This document shows positions 56,601 to 64,000 of a stretch of DNA of 64,000 bases, piece after piece (positions within the stretch are counted from its first letter, which is position 1; every line of letters starts with the position of its first letter). Below the pieces are notes generated by a model. The model saw only the letters and a list, made by a program, of their open reading frames with translations. It made no database searches and was not told the origin of the DNA. Source of the stretch: a virus. The translations under genes and the position numbers were made by a program. The stretch is taken from the IMG/VR virus record IMGVR_UViG_3300009158_000046, positions 1 to 64,000 of that record; one strand, 5' to 3'.

Positions 56601-59523
56601 CTGGGCTATTCCCTATCCTTATTCTTTTTTGGCAAGCGTGGACTCAAGCGGCTATCCCCTGATTAATTTGTCGACAACGACAATCACGAAGGGACAGTGG
56701 GTCGAATTTGAGAGTATCTATCAGGCATCTGCCGCCCAAGCGACTTACCTTCAATTCCGGACAAGGCATAACCTTTCGGCTGGAAGCTTCCAATTTAAGT
56801 GGGAAGTGACCCGCGCCGTGTCTGCGGGCTTGGTGGTAGATGGATCTATTATCACCAGCAAGCTGTCAGCCAACGCCGTCACGGCCGACAAAATCGCCGC
56901 TAACACGATCACGGGCGACCGCATTGCGGCCAACACGATCAACGCCGACAGGATTATTGCCAACACGATCACCGCGACACAGATCGCCGCCGCCACCATC
57001 ACGGGCGACCGTCTTGTCGCGAACACGATCACCGCTGGCCAGATCGCCGCGAACACCATCACCGCGACCCAGATCGCCGCAAACACCATCACCGCCAGTC
57101 AGATTGCCGCGAACACCATCACCGCGACCCAGATCGCCGCCGACACCATCACCGCTGGTCAGATTGCAGCAGGCGCAATCACGGCCTCAGAACTTGCAGC
57201 AGGCTCAGTCCTGGCATCAAAGATTGGCGTCGGTATCAGCCAGAATATGGCTCTCAACTCTGACACGGCTGCTGGACTTATCCATTACGAGCTGGGCTGG
57301 CGTTCATGGGCTGGAAGTCCGACCCCACAGTACACTGTAAGCTCGGATCCGTGGCAGCCTTTGGGAATGAAGGCTATTGCTCTGTATGTGCCAGGAACCC
57401 CCAACGGAATTCAAGACATCTACCATAAGCCAAAAACAGTAGGTAATAGCTATCAGCTTTTTCCAGTTGTTGCTGGACAGCGTTACGAGTTTTCTTATTA
57501 CGTTTCAGTTCACCGTTGCGATGCTTATGCGGGACTGCTCTTCTTCGGAGACGATGGATCAACTCAGCTTCTTTACGTTGGTGGCAATGCCGTTCCTTCC
57601 AACGGCGTATCAGGACGGCTTGCAAGCTGGACTAGGGCCAGCGTGTTTGCCACTGCCCCATCCAATGCCGCCTATGTGATGCCGATTATTCGTGCTTCAT
57701 TTTCTGGTACACAATCCGACCCATACATCTTTTTCACTGCTGTTCATTTTGGCGATGCAACTCCAAACCAGACCGAGCTGACGCCTTGGTCACCGGCTGG
57801 TGGCACCATCATCGATGGCACCAGGATTGTCACCGGCACACTCAATGCCGACAAGATCATCGCCGGAACGATCACGGGTGACCGTTTCAATACCGGCACG
57901 TCGCTGCCCGGCACGATCACGGTTGGCTCTACGGGCGTGTCAATTGACACCGTGCAGTCCAGGTCGAGCGACCCGGCGGCGCGCATCAACGCCGTTGGCA
58001 CCACCATCGACCCAGGCAGGATCCTCATCTCGGGCGGAACGACGCTGGCAAGCTGGCGCAATGGCTCCGACGCTACCAAGATTGAAGGTGGTGCGATCTA
58101 CGCCAACACCATCACGGCCAACAAGCTGCGGATTGGCAGCCGCGCAATCAGCACTGTTGCTGTGGAATTTGAAACTGAAAAGTCTACCAACGGTAGTGGC
58201 CGTGTAAAGTGGACCTCTGGCTATGTGTTGTATGAAGCTGATGATGGAACTCAAACCGCAACGTTGATTAGCGCTGGTTATGCTGACTATGCCAACTTCA
58301 ACTCATGGACATACATATACTGGACAAAGGGAGGCTCTTCTTTAGCTGCTACAACTGATTGGGCAACAGCTCAATCTGCAAATAACGTGATATTGGCAAG
58401 CTACACCGCCTATGCCGGACTGGCGGTGAACTACGGCGGAGTGATCATCGACGGAACCCGCATCACTGCCGGGACCATCACCGCCGACCGCATCGCTGCC
58501 AACAGCATCACGGCAGGACAGATCGCTGCTGAGACGATTACCGGCACGCAGCTCGCGCCGCTGACCATCAAAGCGTCCAACCTTCTGGTGACCGGCGAAA
58601 ACAAGGTGCTCGACCCCTTCTTCGATAGCGACGAGTGGGTGATCGACAGCGGCCTCTATTTTGAAAACAACTCCCAGTGGGGCAGCATCGGCACTCGCCG
58701 ATACGCGGTGTGGTGGTCCGGTGCTGGCGGTGGCCCAGGAGGTGCTCGCAAGCACCTTTATTCCCGCAACTACATTCGCGTTTCGCCGGATCAAAAGTAT
58801 CGCATCCGCGCTAAAATGTACAACGGCGGAAGCTGTGGCTTCTACCTTGGAATTAATTTCTACAATTCGGCTGGCGGCTATCTAGGTGGAAATTTCAATA
58901 GTGTATCACCTGGTTTCAGCGGCTATTTCTCATTTGGAAACATTGTCCCTCCAGCCAATACTGCCTACGGTCTGATCTACATCTTCAATGATACCAATAT
59001 GTCCGGCATCATGCTGGCGTCTGACATTTCCTTCGGTCAGATGGTCGGCACGGCATTCATCGAAGATGCGGCAATCAGCAATGCCAAAATCGGCAATCTG
59101 GAAGTCGACAATATCAAACTTGCCAACGGTTCGGTGACCACGGTCGTGGCTGCTGGAACTGCTTCATCTTTAGACGCAGTTGCTACGGTCACGATTACCG
59201 TTCGTGCAAATGCAAAAATACTTCTAATTGCAACTGCTGGAGGCATTTTTGCTGGCTCAACTAATGGTGCAGGATCTGTTACAACAAAATTCTTAGACAT
59301 ATTAGACAGCTCTCTTACAACTCTGTATTCAAGGGTTTCCCAGTATGCACTTCTCAATTCTGTAGGAAACACTGGTGGAGATACTGGTGTTGATATTTAT
59401 TATTACTATCACGCTCCAGTATCTACACAGTACATATATGTAGCATCCACGTCTGGAACCCTCACGTTCAAAGCACGAGGCCAGGGTGTGACAGTCCTTA
59501 CCGCTGTCGAACTGGCAAAGTAG
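50692..59523 (+). CDS. Tail tip / host-specificity protein (lambda J-like), 2943 aa, with FN3 domains and several CBM-like modules
   Basis: AVSEGPIVG, WTDNPAWIVYDL, FN3-like repeats, 10-aa ITADKIAAN linkers separating NPxF-started beta modules. Confidence 0.9.
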   Translation: MGLFGSSTKQQHTQPDTLFSDDIMEVVLAVSEGPIVGLDTPRDFFINDTPLVNSSYTPNIGNFDLRIHKGNNPGEVFKTNLGGAGSTVNLNVNLETNLPVVGSGTKRNIDFLEVRIVIQRLYATNSRGEWPWWADFKVEVKPHSSGTWAAGIDFSTPPPAVTTTTNYVQYTGQNQNPGEDYNAYYRLTKIDSAAPSAPTDFSLIWFNSASNYTPKIWNGTAWVAPPGLVYTYVALPDYSYYTWNDGNYVPNGSGGYNFAATGSTVKAIIGWNGAPPVFGNPQDLWVTPSNVLDQTSPTVYSWNGSTWVDYMDWAEIPSASPGTFSVYGKTTSNYVKEYRIPVPRINDTFDVRVTKLSAPNTGSEFSDIMFESFQEVTTDPLQFNDIAIAHLTVRASEQFSSIPTFTGIYKGRMVRVPSNYNPVTKVYTGLWDGVTFNIAWTDNPAWIVYDLVTNTRYGMAAYYTVNLDRMSIYEFGKHCDLHGFTYNELIQEPRNLVEAIDYVCGIAGGRFIDLGNGYATILFDADDQAAVALFTPENVVDGVFTYGFTDITSRKNDITVSFINPDLNWREDRRRIYDQTVINTYGRNPEEFIAVGCISETEAIKRGRLRLIMAQTERAVVTFKTNRLGLYLRPFDVILIADDASGFGIHGRVKTVNSTTSLTLRDSVYFEAGFTYKISFQVPDGNGNNQLVKHNLVTSSGSTTSLTLATPLTVTLPTSAAFSIECSTTTTGTPKAFRVTSIEESDGDADVVTVSAMEVNRTKWAYVDGTITVISVGDGGRPTRFVDPPANPIAVGRSVSATRQEIHISWDTSPNRFVRSYNLYWSFNTGQTELFGTSRTPAYVIEDAKEGFYSFALTAVSIDGVESPPVYFEHRVLGISGTSRAVAPPSFIQLTNGSSATEFRGREPSISWGNSGDPFFLNFNVRVLHPSTSVTLREFNTRGNTYTYPYLDNQTDFGGTASRSMIFEVRALDSTGMYSMPVRLTASNPSPGLVSPSIVSNTNGITISFSAPADADVLGSVIWCSTTNGFNPLTTTPDYEGPNTSVFLDKAAGTYYIRVGCYDAFGRTGMNITSQVTIGVSDEVDLTPPATPTGLTLTPSTVVKADGTLDSVITLTWTANNEPDLAGYLIQIKEGASGNFIEFDTSLTRYEFHNLTPAVSYTAKIAAFDKVNNKSSFTTTVSATAGLNTTPPGSATAFSATSSLQTNFLTWTNPTNSDLAYVEVWMATTNNRASAAIVAKVNGTSFTHSGLTTNQSYFYWLRPVNTSGTVAAAYTPTSATGGLSATPGTLSGVEFNTSLRPVESVSALPTTGNFDGRIAYLTTDKKIYRYNGTTWVSTVPTTDLTGFVANTQINDRTISGTKLVTGAITSAEMLAGAVTASKIAASTIHSLLPNPTFEDGVMYPWTTAFGTNYVEAATDNASGLYRMVLQRTYDIGGGQLAAYVYANAFSVTAGDVLQAEFRIKGTSNSSGGAYLRLTWLDSAKSNVGYSDAVSSGAFTTTWTVYGGQVTVPANARYASVEIYHYVQSSSTYMLVDQVVVRPTFGANAIGNSAISTAKIQDSAITAAQIASAAISTAKIQDSAITPAQIAAGAITSVKLVDSAVTNAKLADSTVSTAKIIDAAITNAKIADNTINTKKLIIADFENLVENPHFGDGDVGWVRGTGVTIVNDSANAFTGNWLLKIGIGATGIAVRNELIFPVVSGQEFYVEARAKCVGADVGINLRIRFLAADKSSFVAASGVAFYTTDTSYILRSATITTPAGAIYAWVDFNPIGTITTGRWDVGYVRCQRRNASELIVDGAITASKIQAASITGDRLVANTITAGQIATNAVTADKIAANSVSADKIAANTITAGQLAANAVTADKIAANSITATKLVLVDNTILGPDPGFYDLAWWSLSGISGYNAYSGSTSPQPQRFLGVTRLGDSDYISNTFQIEQGAYYRLKLRIWISTDAAGWIGLAVHIPWTAWAIPYPYSFLASVDSSGYPLINLSTTTITKGQWVEFESIYQASAAQATYLQFRTRHNLSAGSFQFKWEVTRAVSAGLVVDGSIITSKLSANAVTADKIAANTITGDRIAANTINADRIIANTITATQIAAATITGDRLVANTITAGQIAANTITATQIAANTITASQIAANTITATQIAADTITAGQIAAGAITASELAAGSVLASKIGVGISQNMALNSDTAAGLIHYELGWRSWAGSPTPQYTVSSDPWQPLGMKAIALYVPGTPNGIQDIYHKPKTVGNSYQLFPVVAGQRYEFSYYVSVHRCDAYAGLLFFGDDGSTQLLYVGGNAVPSNGVSGRLASWTRASVFATAPSNAAYVMPIIRASFSGTQSDPYIFFTAVHFGDATPNQTELTPWSPAGGTIIDGTRIVTGTLNADKIIAGTITGDRFNTGTSLPGTITVGSTGVSIDTVQSRSSDPAARINAVGTTIDPGRILISGGTTLASWRNGSDATKIEGGAIYANTITANKLRIGSRAISTVAVEFETEKSTNGSGRVKWTSGYVLYEADDGTQTATLISAGYADYANFNSWTYIYWTKGGSSLAATTDWATAQSANNVILASYTAYAGLAVNYGGVIIDGTRITAGTITADRIAANSITAGQIAAETITGTQLAPLTIKASNLLVTGENKVLDPFFDSDEWVIDSGLYFENNSQWGSIGTRRYAVWWSGAGGGPGGARKHLYSRNYIRVSPDQKYRIRAKMYNGGSCGFYLGINFYNSAGGYLGGNFNSVSPGFSGYFSFGNIVPPANTAYGLIYIFNDTNMSGIMLASDISFGQMVGTAFIEDAAISNAKIGNLEVDNIKLANGSVTTVVAAGTASSLDAVATVTITVRANAKILLIATAGGIFAGSTNGAGSVTTKFLDILDSSLTTLYSRVSQYALLNSVGNTGGDTGVDIYYYYHAPVSTQYIYVASTSGTLTFKARGQGVTVLTAVELAK

Positions 59524-59532
59524 GAGACACCA

Positions 59533-60036
59533 ATGTCTGACGTCTTGATCCCGCCATCCGATGCCCAACTGCCACCTGCGGTGATCTTACCCTCGATCTC
59601 AGAACCAATGTCGTCAATCAACGATCCAAGTGCATTACTTCCGTTCGTACAGTACGACCTTGCAGACGGGCGTATTCTGGTACGCGGCCAGATGCAGAAG
59701 ACGGTTGTCGAAAGTCTACTCGATCAGAACTACGCTGTTGGGGTTGGAGATCCAGAACTGAACTACGTAAATCTGGATGACAAGACAATCATGGAACGTG
59801 AATTTGTTCAATTCAACGTTGACAACCCCAGCGTGCCAGCCGGTGAGGTTGTGACAATCACCGACCTCCCGTCCGGAACTGCCGTTTTCTTGAACGGCAA
59901 CAACGTCGGCGCTTCCGAAGGGGAATGTGAATTCACACCCAACGAACCCGGCACCTACCGCTTCGAGTTTGTGCCGCCCCATCCCCGCTGGCGCAAAACC
60001 CTTCTGACCATCACAGCAACGGACACTTCGCCATGA
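59533..60036 (+). CDS. Tail-associated protein
   Basis: AGGAG RBS; C-terminal Ig-like PGTY.F segment. Confidence 0.6.
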   Translation: MSDVLIPPSDAQLPPAVILPSISEPMSSINDPSALLPFVQYDLADGRILVRGQMQKTVVESLLDQNYAVGVGDPELNYVNLDDKTIMEREFVQFNVDNPSVPAGEVVTITDLPSGTAVFLNGNNVGASEGECEFTPNEPGTYRFEFVPPHPRWRKTLLTITATDTSP

Positions 60037-60434
60037 TCATCAGCGCAGGACGATCGTTAGATCGATACAAGACAGAACTGAAGAAGAAGGTCGACGCTGG
60101 CGCTGAAACGACACGGCTTCGTTTCATCACTCCAGGATCTGGTCAGGCCATGGTCTACCAGGAAAAGCTTCGGCAAGCTTACGCCTATCTGGTGGATGAA
60201 ACTTCAGAAGCGTTTAGTCACATTCATCTTGAAGCTGCGGCAGCCGGAGTGACTCCGCAGGTGATGGCACAAATCATCATCCAAAAGGCCGAGATGTGGC
60301 GTGAGGTTTCTGCCGTTATCGAAGCCACTCGATTCAGTGCCAAAGCTGCTGTCGACTCTGCCACCAATTTTGCAGGGGCAGATGCGGCTGCCTCTGTGAA
60401 TTGGGATCAAGTTCTTTCTGCTTTTGGATCCTGA
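60033..60434 (+). CDS. Tail fibre assembly-like protein
   Basis: AETTR.RFITPG.GQAMVYQEK..A, IEATRFSAK pattern. Confidence 0.7.
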   Translation: MIISAGRSLDRYKTELKKKVDAGAETTRLRFITPGSGQAMVYQEKLRQAYAYLVDETSEAFSHIHLEAAAAGVTPQVMAQIIIQKAEMWREVSAVIEATRFSAKAAVDSATNFAGADAAASVNWDQVLSAFGS

Positions 60435-60497
60435 TTCAAAGTTCTCAAGTAATTAGTCATCTCGTTTGCTAGCACGGCGCACCCCCATATTGGGGGC

Positions 60498-60683
60498 ATG
60501 GACGATATTACGCTCACGCTCTCCGTGGCCGAGGCCAACATGGTTCTCGCAGCCCTTGAAAAACACCAGATCCAGCTCGCTGAGCTGCACACGAAAGTGA
60601 AGGTCAATGCCGAACGACAGCTTGCCCCTTCCCTCGCCGTCCAGTCAGCCGAACCCGAAGGCAAAGTACGCTTGGACCTTTGA
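60498..60683 (+). CDS. Small hypothetical protein
   Basis: ITLTLSVAEANMVLAAL pattern. Confidence 0.55.
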   Translation: MDDITLTLSVAEANMVLAALEKHQIQLAELHTKVKVNAERQLAPSLAVQSAEPEGKVRLDL

Positions 60684-60885
60684 GCAGCACCCCGAGGGGG
60701 AGCCCGGAAAGGTCTTCAAGTTTCGTCTGACGGCCACGATGCCCGGCCGGGATCCGATCTCGATCACCGGATCTTTCGCACCCCCGGAAGGTGTCACCGA
60801 AGATCAGCTTCAGGCGTCGGCAGAAAGCACCCTGCCGATGGACCACTTCTACAGCTTCCTCAATAGCGCGTTTCTGCCGGAATGA
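60607..60885 (+). CDS. Hypothetical protein
   Basis: AAGG RBS; ATGA overlap downstream. Confidence 0.55.
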   Translation: MPNDSLPLPSPSSQPNPKAKYAWTFEQHPEGEPGKVFKFRLTATMPGRDPISITGSFAPPEGVTEDQLQASAESTLPMDHFYSFLNSAFLPE

Positions 60886-61070
60886 GCCGCTCGGTCGCCA
60901 TCATGGGTTACGGGACCCAGGACGATCGACGCAGGGTCGAGGCCTTGGCTCGTCTCCAGAACATCTCGGTCAGCCAGTGGCTGATCGCCACCATCAGGCG
61001 GGAATACACGGCAGTCTATGGGGACGCCAAGCCCGCCCCTGCCCTCAAGGAGTCCTCCAATGTTCGATAG
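60882..61070 (+). CDS. Ribbon-helix-helix-like small protein
   Basis: RRRVEALARLQNISVSQWLIATI. Confidence 0.6.
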   Translation: MSRSVAIMGYGTQDDRRRVEALARLQNISVSQWLIATIRREYTAVYGDAKPAPALKESSNVR

Positions 61071-61551
61071 CATGCCGCCATGGATGCGCTGGGCTATGGC
61101 CGAGATCGGCGTCAAGGAAACCCCCGGCCGCGACAAGAGCACCCCGCGCATTCTGGCCTATCGAAAGATGGCCAAGATTCCTCTTACCGGGGATGACGGC
61201 GACGTGCCGTGGTGCGCCATTTTCGCGAACGCCAGCCTTGAGATGAATGGCAAGCGTGGAACGCGCAACGGCCTCGCCCGATCCTTCATGGATCGGCCGA
61301 TGCAGCGCATGAAGGGTCCCGCCCTCGGCTGCTTCGTCGTCCTCTCCCGTGGCCGCAACAAGAGCCTTGGCCACGTCGGCATCTATCGGGGTGAGACCGA
61401 CACGCTCGTCTATCTGGTCGATGGCAACGCCAATGACAGCGTCGGCGTCCACGCCTACCCGAAGGACAAGGTGCTCGGCTACTTCTGGCCCGGCGGAGGT
61501 CCTATCCCGCCTGCCGCCCCCGTCAAGATCAAGGCTGGGGCTCGGCTCTGA
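61060..61551 (+). CDS. Endolysin, NlpC/P60-CHAP type (TIGR02594-like)
   Basis: PWM..A..EIGVKE.PG, DVPWCAIF, ARSF, GHVGI, GNANDSV. Confidence 0.85.
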   Translation: MFDSMPPWMRWAMAEIGVKETPGRDKSTPRILAYRKMAKIPLTGDDGDVPWCAIFANASLEMNGKRGTRNGLARSFMDRPMQRMKGPALGCFVVLSRGRNKSLGHVGIYRGETDTLVYLVDGNANDSVGVHAYPKDKVLGYFWPGGGPIPPAAPVKIKAGARL

Positions 61552-61688
61552 TGAAATGGGTGCTGATCGCGGTGTCAATCTTCCTGGCTGGGTGTGTTCC
61601 CAGCCCGCCCACTCGTGAGCAGTACAGGATCCTGTTTTCCGACATTGCCAAAGACCTTTCCACCCCTCCGAAGGAGTCACCAAAATGA
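61551..61688 (+). CDS. 45-aa lipoprotein (absent from ORF track)
   Basis: MKWVLIAVSIFLAG-C lipobox; overlaps with both neighbours. Confidence 0.65.
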   Translation: MKWVLIAVSIFLAGCVPSPPTREQYRILFSDIAKDLSTPPKESPK

Positions 61689-61888
61689 AGAGCCTTTTCA
61701 CCAGTCCCGGCATCATCACCGGCTTTCTGTCGATGATCGGCGCGTTCTCCGTCGCCATGGGCAAGCCTGCCCTCGGCTCATTCTTCCAGGATCCGAACAC
61801 CGCACAGGCAGTCACGGGTCTTGTGAGCGGCTGTATGGCGCTCACCGCCGGTTTCCTGGATGGTTGGAAGAAGTTGCCCACTCAGTGA
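61685..61888 (+). CDS. Probable holin
   Basis: 67 aa, two hydrophobic segments, AAGGAG RBS. Confidence 0.6.
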   Translation: MKSLFTSPGIITGFLSMIGAFSVAMGKPALGSFFQDPNTAQAVTGLVSGCMALTAGFLDGWKKLPTQ

Positions 61889-62127
61889 GCGCGGCCACTT
61901 TGGCGGGAATCATTCTCGCCATCCTGAAGTTCGCCGGGAGTTTGATGGCCTTCGCCCAGGAGAAGAAGCTCCTGAGCGAGGGTCGGAAGCTGGAGATTGC
62001 TGATGAACTATCTCGTCAGATTTCCGCGCTCCGCCGAGCGGATGGCATCCGCAACCGTGCTGTTGATGATGCTCGTCGCGTGCCAGCAGACCAGCCACTT
62101 CCAGACGACGGCTACCGCCGCGATTAG
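61885..62127 (+). CDS. i-spanin (Rz-like)
   Basis: N-terminal TM, helical body, DDGYRRD end. Confidence 0.7.
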   Translation: MSAATLAGIILAILKFAGSLMAFAQEKKLLSEGRKLEIADELSRQISALRRADGIRNRAVDDARRVPADQPLPDDGYRRD

Positions 62128-62245
62128 CCCGCTGCTGTTTTGCGATGGCTACAGGCCCGTCCGCTGGTCTGTGAAGGACACGAGGGAAACCCAGAACCAG
62201 ATCGTTCCCAACAACCGCATCTTCAAAGAGGAATGTCAGAAGTGA
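62042..62245 (+). CDS. o-spanin (Rz1-like) lipoprotein overlapping the i-spanin
   Basis: LLMMLVA-C lipobox, C...P..WS..DT.ET..Q...NN....C. Confidence 0.75.
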   Translation: MASATVLLMMLVACQQTSHFQTTATAAISPLLFCDGYRPVRWSVKDTRETQNQIVPNNRIFKEECQK

Positions 62246-62592
62246 GCGACGATGACGCGGATGATGCGGGAAAGAACGACTGGCACCTTGAGAAAAAGGT
62301 GACCATCTCCCTGATCGTGTCCATCCTGCTGCAGACCTGCGCGATCGTGTGGTGGGGCAGCAAGCTCGACAGCCGGGTTGGCTTTCTTGAAGAGAAAGTC
62401 ACCATGGAGCACAGCAGGATCGACAATCAAGAGAAAGAGTTCAAAGACGCAGCATCGCGACTGGCCCGCGTTGAAGAGCGGACTGCCGCGATGCTCGACA
62501 TCCTTCGGCGGATTGAAGTGCGGATAGACGCCATTCCGAGCCGGAGAACCCAGGTCGACATCCCCATCCCCCTCCCCACGACACTGCGCTAG
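62242..62592 (+). CDS. Membrane-anchored coiled-coil protein
   Basis: WHLEKKVTISLI..ILLQT..IVWW, RLARVEER. Confidence 0.7.
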   Translation: MSDDDADDAGKNDWHLEKKVTISLIVSILLQTCAIVWWGSKLDSRVGFLEEKVTMEHSRIDNQEKEFKDAASRLARVEERTAAMLDILRRIEVRIDAIPSRRTQVDIPIPLPTTLR

Positions 62593-62601
62593 GAGAAGAA
62601 G

Positions 62602-62718
62602 ATGCTGCTTTTCGCATTCCTGCTGATGGCGTCACTGCTTCCCGCAATCCTGACCTCGGCGTCCACGATCTGGCCCGATATGTTCTTGTTTCACCTTTTT
62701 GATCCTCCGAGTCTTTAA
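62602..62718 (+). CDS. 38-aa hydrophobic peptide
   Basis: AGGAG RBS; MLLFAFLLMASLLPAILT... Confidence 0.35.
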   Translation: MLLFAFLLMASLLPAILTSASTIWPDMFLFHLFDPPSL

Positions 62719-62741
62719 CGCTCCCGGTCTGCCCGAATGAG

Positions 62742-62764
62742 AAAGAGGCCCCGATTGGGGCCTC
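62742..62764. terminator. Hairpin between convergent transcription units
   Basis: GAGGCCCC-gatt-GGGGCCTC. Confidence 0.6.
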
Positions 62765-62768
62765 GATC

Positions 62769-63128
62769 TCATTCTGACGGCTTTGGCGGAGGATTGAATT
62801 TCAGGACCTTGCCGGGGGGGACCTTGAACCGGTCGTCGGTCCCCAGGTCCTTGTCGAAATGCTCGATGAGGAAGGCCACGTTGCAACCGATCAGACAGAG
62901 GTGCGGCAGTCCACTCTCCTCGTCGATGTCTTCTCCATCCTTCACAGCATCGATATGCCGCTGAAGACTGTCGAGCAAGGAAGACCAATTGAAGCCCTTG
63001 CGCCAGTTGTGGCGGTCGTACTTCAAAGCCCCGTAGGTCATCCCCATTCCGACATACCGGTTGAGAGATGACGGAACCAAAGACAGAAGGGGTTTGTTCG
63101 AGTTGTATCGAAGAGCCTTGTTGGTCAT
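62769..63128 (-). CDS. dATP/dGTP diphosphohydrolase (DUF5664-like)
   Basis: KP.LSLVP, YGA.KY..HNWRKG, SLQRH, GEDIDEESGLPHL...CN..FL. Confidence 0.88.
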   Translation of the reverse strand: MTNKALRYNSNKPLLSLVPSSLNRYVGMGMTYGALKYDRHNWRKGFNWSSLLDSLQRHIDAVKDGEDIDEESGLPHLCLIGCNVAFLIEHFDKDLGTDDRFKVPPGKVLKFNPPPKPSE

Positions 63129-63634
63129 GGAACGCTCGTGAATAGAAAGTGGAACCTGTCGAGCCATCGGGATGCCGCCTCCTGGTGAGTCCAGGGGTAG
63201 ACCTCGACTCCAAGGAGCTGCTCTTCGGGGTAGGTCGTGTCGAACAGCGCCGACATCTCGTCCTTGCGGATCTGCTTGTCCCAAGGTGTGACCCTCAAGA
63301 AATCCGCGTACTCGATCTTGAGCAGCCGTCCAATCCGGCGCAGGACCTTCTCCTCGTACTCGATGATCTGAGGACACATCGACTTGAGAAGGGCGTTGAT
63401 GTCGCCGATGAAAACCTCGGGACAGTCATGGATCAGGGCAGCTTTGGCCAGCTCCTCCGGCACGATGTCGGAAAGCAGGACTGAGTGCTGAGCCACGCTG
63501 TAGGGGAACTTGCCATTCCCGCAGTAGCGGTTGATGCGCGACAGAGACAGCGCAAAGACCCAAGGCCTGAATTCATTGTAGTCGAGCCGGATGGGGTCGA
63601 CCAACTGGTTGGTTCCCAACCATGACTTGATCAT
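63125..63634 (-). CDS. HD-domain 5'-deoxynucleotidase (YfbR/YfdR-like)
   Basis: LSRINRYCG, YSVAQHS, ALIHDCPEVFIGDI. Confidence 0.9.
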   Translation of the reverse strand: MIKSWLGTNQLVDPIRLDYNEFRPWVFALSLSRINRYCGNGKFPYSVAQHSVLLSDIVPEELAKAALIHDCPEVFIGDINALLKSMCPQIIEYEEKVLRRIGRLLKIEYADFLRVTPWDKQIRKDEMSALFDTTYPEEQLLGVEVYPWTHQEAASRWLDRFHFLFTSVP

Positions 63635-63999
63635 CGGACTTCCCACAGCCAGCGAAAGTACGGCCCGCGCTTCGTGTCGGGAACCTTGCGGGGAATGAGG
63701 TAGAGAACGACCCACCCGTCAGGGCGCTTCTGCTGGCACATCTCATGGGTGCCAGCGTCGTACTTGACCCTCGCCCGGCTGATCTCGTTGAAGAACTCGA
63801 CAGGCCAGTTGGGTTCGATGTTCGACCGAACGGCGACCACCCACTGCTCCATGCCCGGCTTTCCGAGAGAAGAGATGTCCTTGGGACGTGGACCTGACGG
63901 TGCCAGCACCGGACCGGTTGGTTGCGGTCCGTACTCATCCTTCAGGAGCTTGTAGTTAATTCCCAGATCGCGAGACACTTTCGAAATGTTGTTGTGTCG
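63631..63999 (-). CDS. Hypothetical protein with N-terminal HTH-like segment (5' truncated)
   Basis: Frame open to the window edge: HNNISKVSRDLGINY... Confidence 0.6.
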   Translation of the reverse strand, partial: RHNNISKVSRDLGINYKLLKDEYGPQPTGPVLAPSGPRPKDISSLGKPGMEQWVVAVRSNIEPNWPVEFFNEISRARVKYDAGTHEMCQQKRPDGWVVLYLIPRKVPDTKRGPYFRWLWEVR

Positions 64000-64000
64000 T

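Noticed and set aside
54760-59523. DGR or invertase shufflon acting on the tail tip
   Set aside because: No reverse transcriptase, TR/VR pair, invertase or inverted cassettes seen in the window
59521-59535. Readthrough fusion of J into the next in-frame gene
   Set aside because: TAGGAG is simply the RBS of ATG 59533; being in frame is a one-in-three chance
1-64000. Integrated prophage with host flanks
   Set aside because: No host genes; phage genes lie on both sides of the att core, so it is attP

Overview
The whole window is a GC-rich tailed dsDNA phage (siphovirus-type), probably temperate and probably infecting an alphaproteobacterium (inferred from the tRNA-Pro fragment at attP). There are no host genes and attP is intact, so this is the episomal/virion form, cut inside the DNA polymerase gene. 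Minus strand 1-29.9 kb: replication genes (PolA 5' end, 5'-3' exonuclease, SNF2-type helicase, primase-helicase), an integration module (two-HTH regulator, attP, tyrosine integrase, Xis-like gene), rIIA/rIIB, dozens of small early genes, and a structured non-coding region at 23.6-26.9 kb. Plus strand 30.0-62.7 kb: terminase, portal, head, lambda-like tail with a 2943-aa modular tip protein, and lysis genes. Minus strand 62.8-64 kb: nucleotide hydrolases. Most notable: (1) attP carries the 5' half of a tRNA-Pro(TGG) directly upstream of a stand-alone regulator gene, so integration would swap promoters between the host tRNA and the phage regulator; (2) a palindrome GTTGAAA-N2/3-TTTCAAC occurs at least 13 times, mostly at stop/start junctions; (3) the DNA polymerase gene has an in-frame amber codon just before its proofreading motif; (4) the tail tip is built from sugar-binding-like modules between repeated linkers. 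All product calls come from motif recognition by eye; no searches were run.
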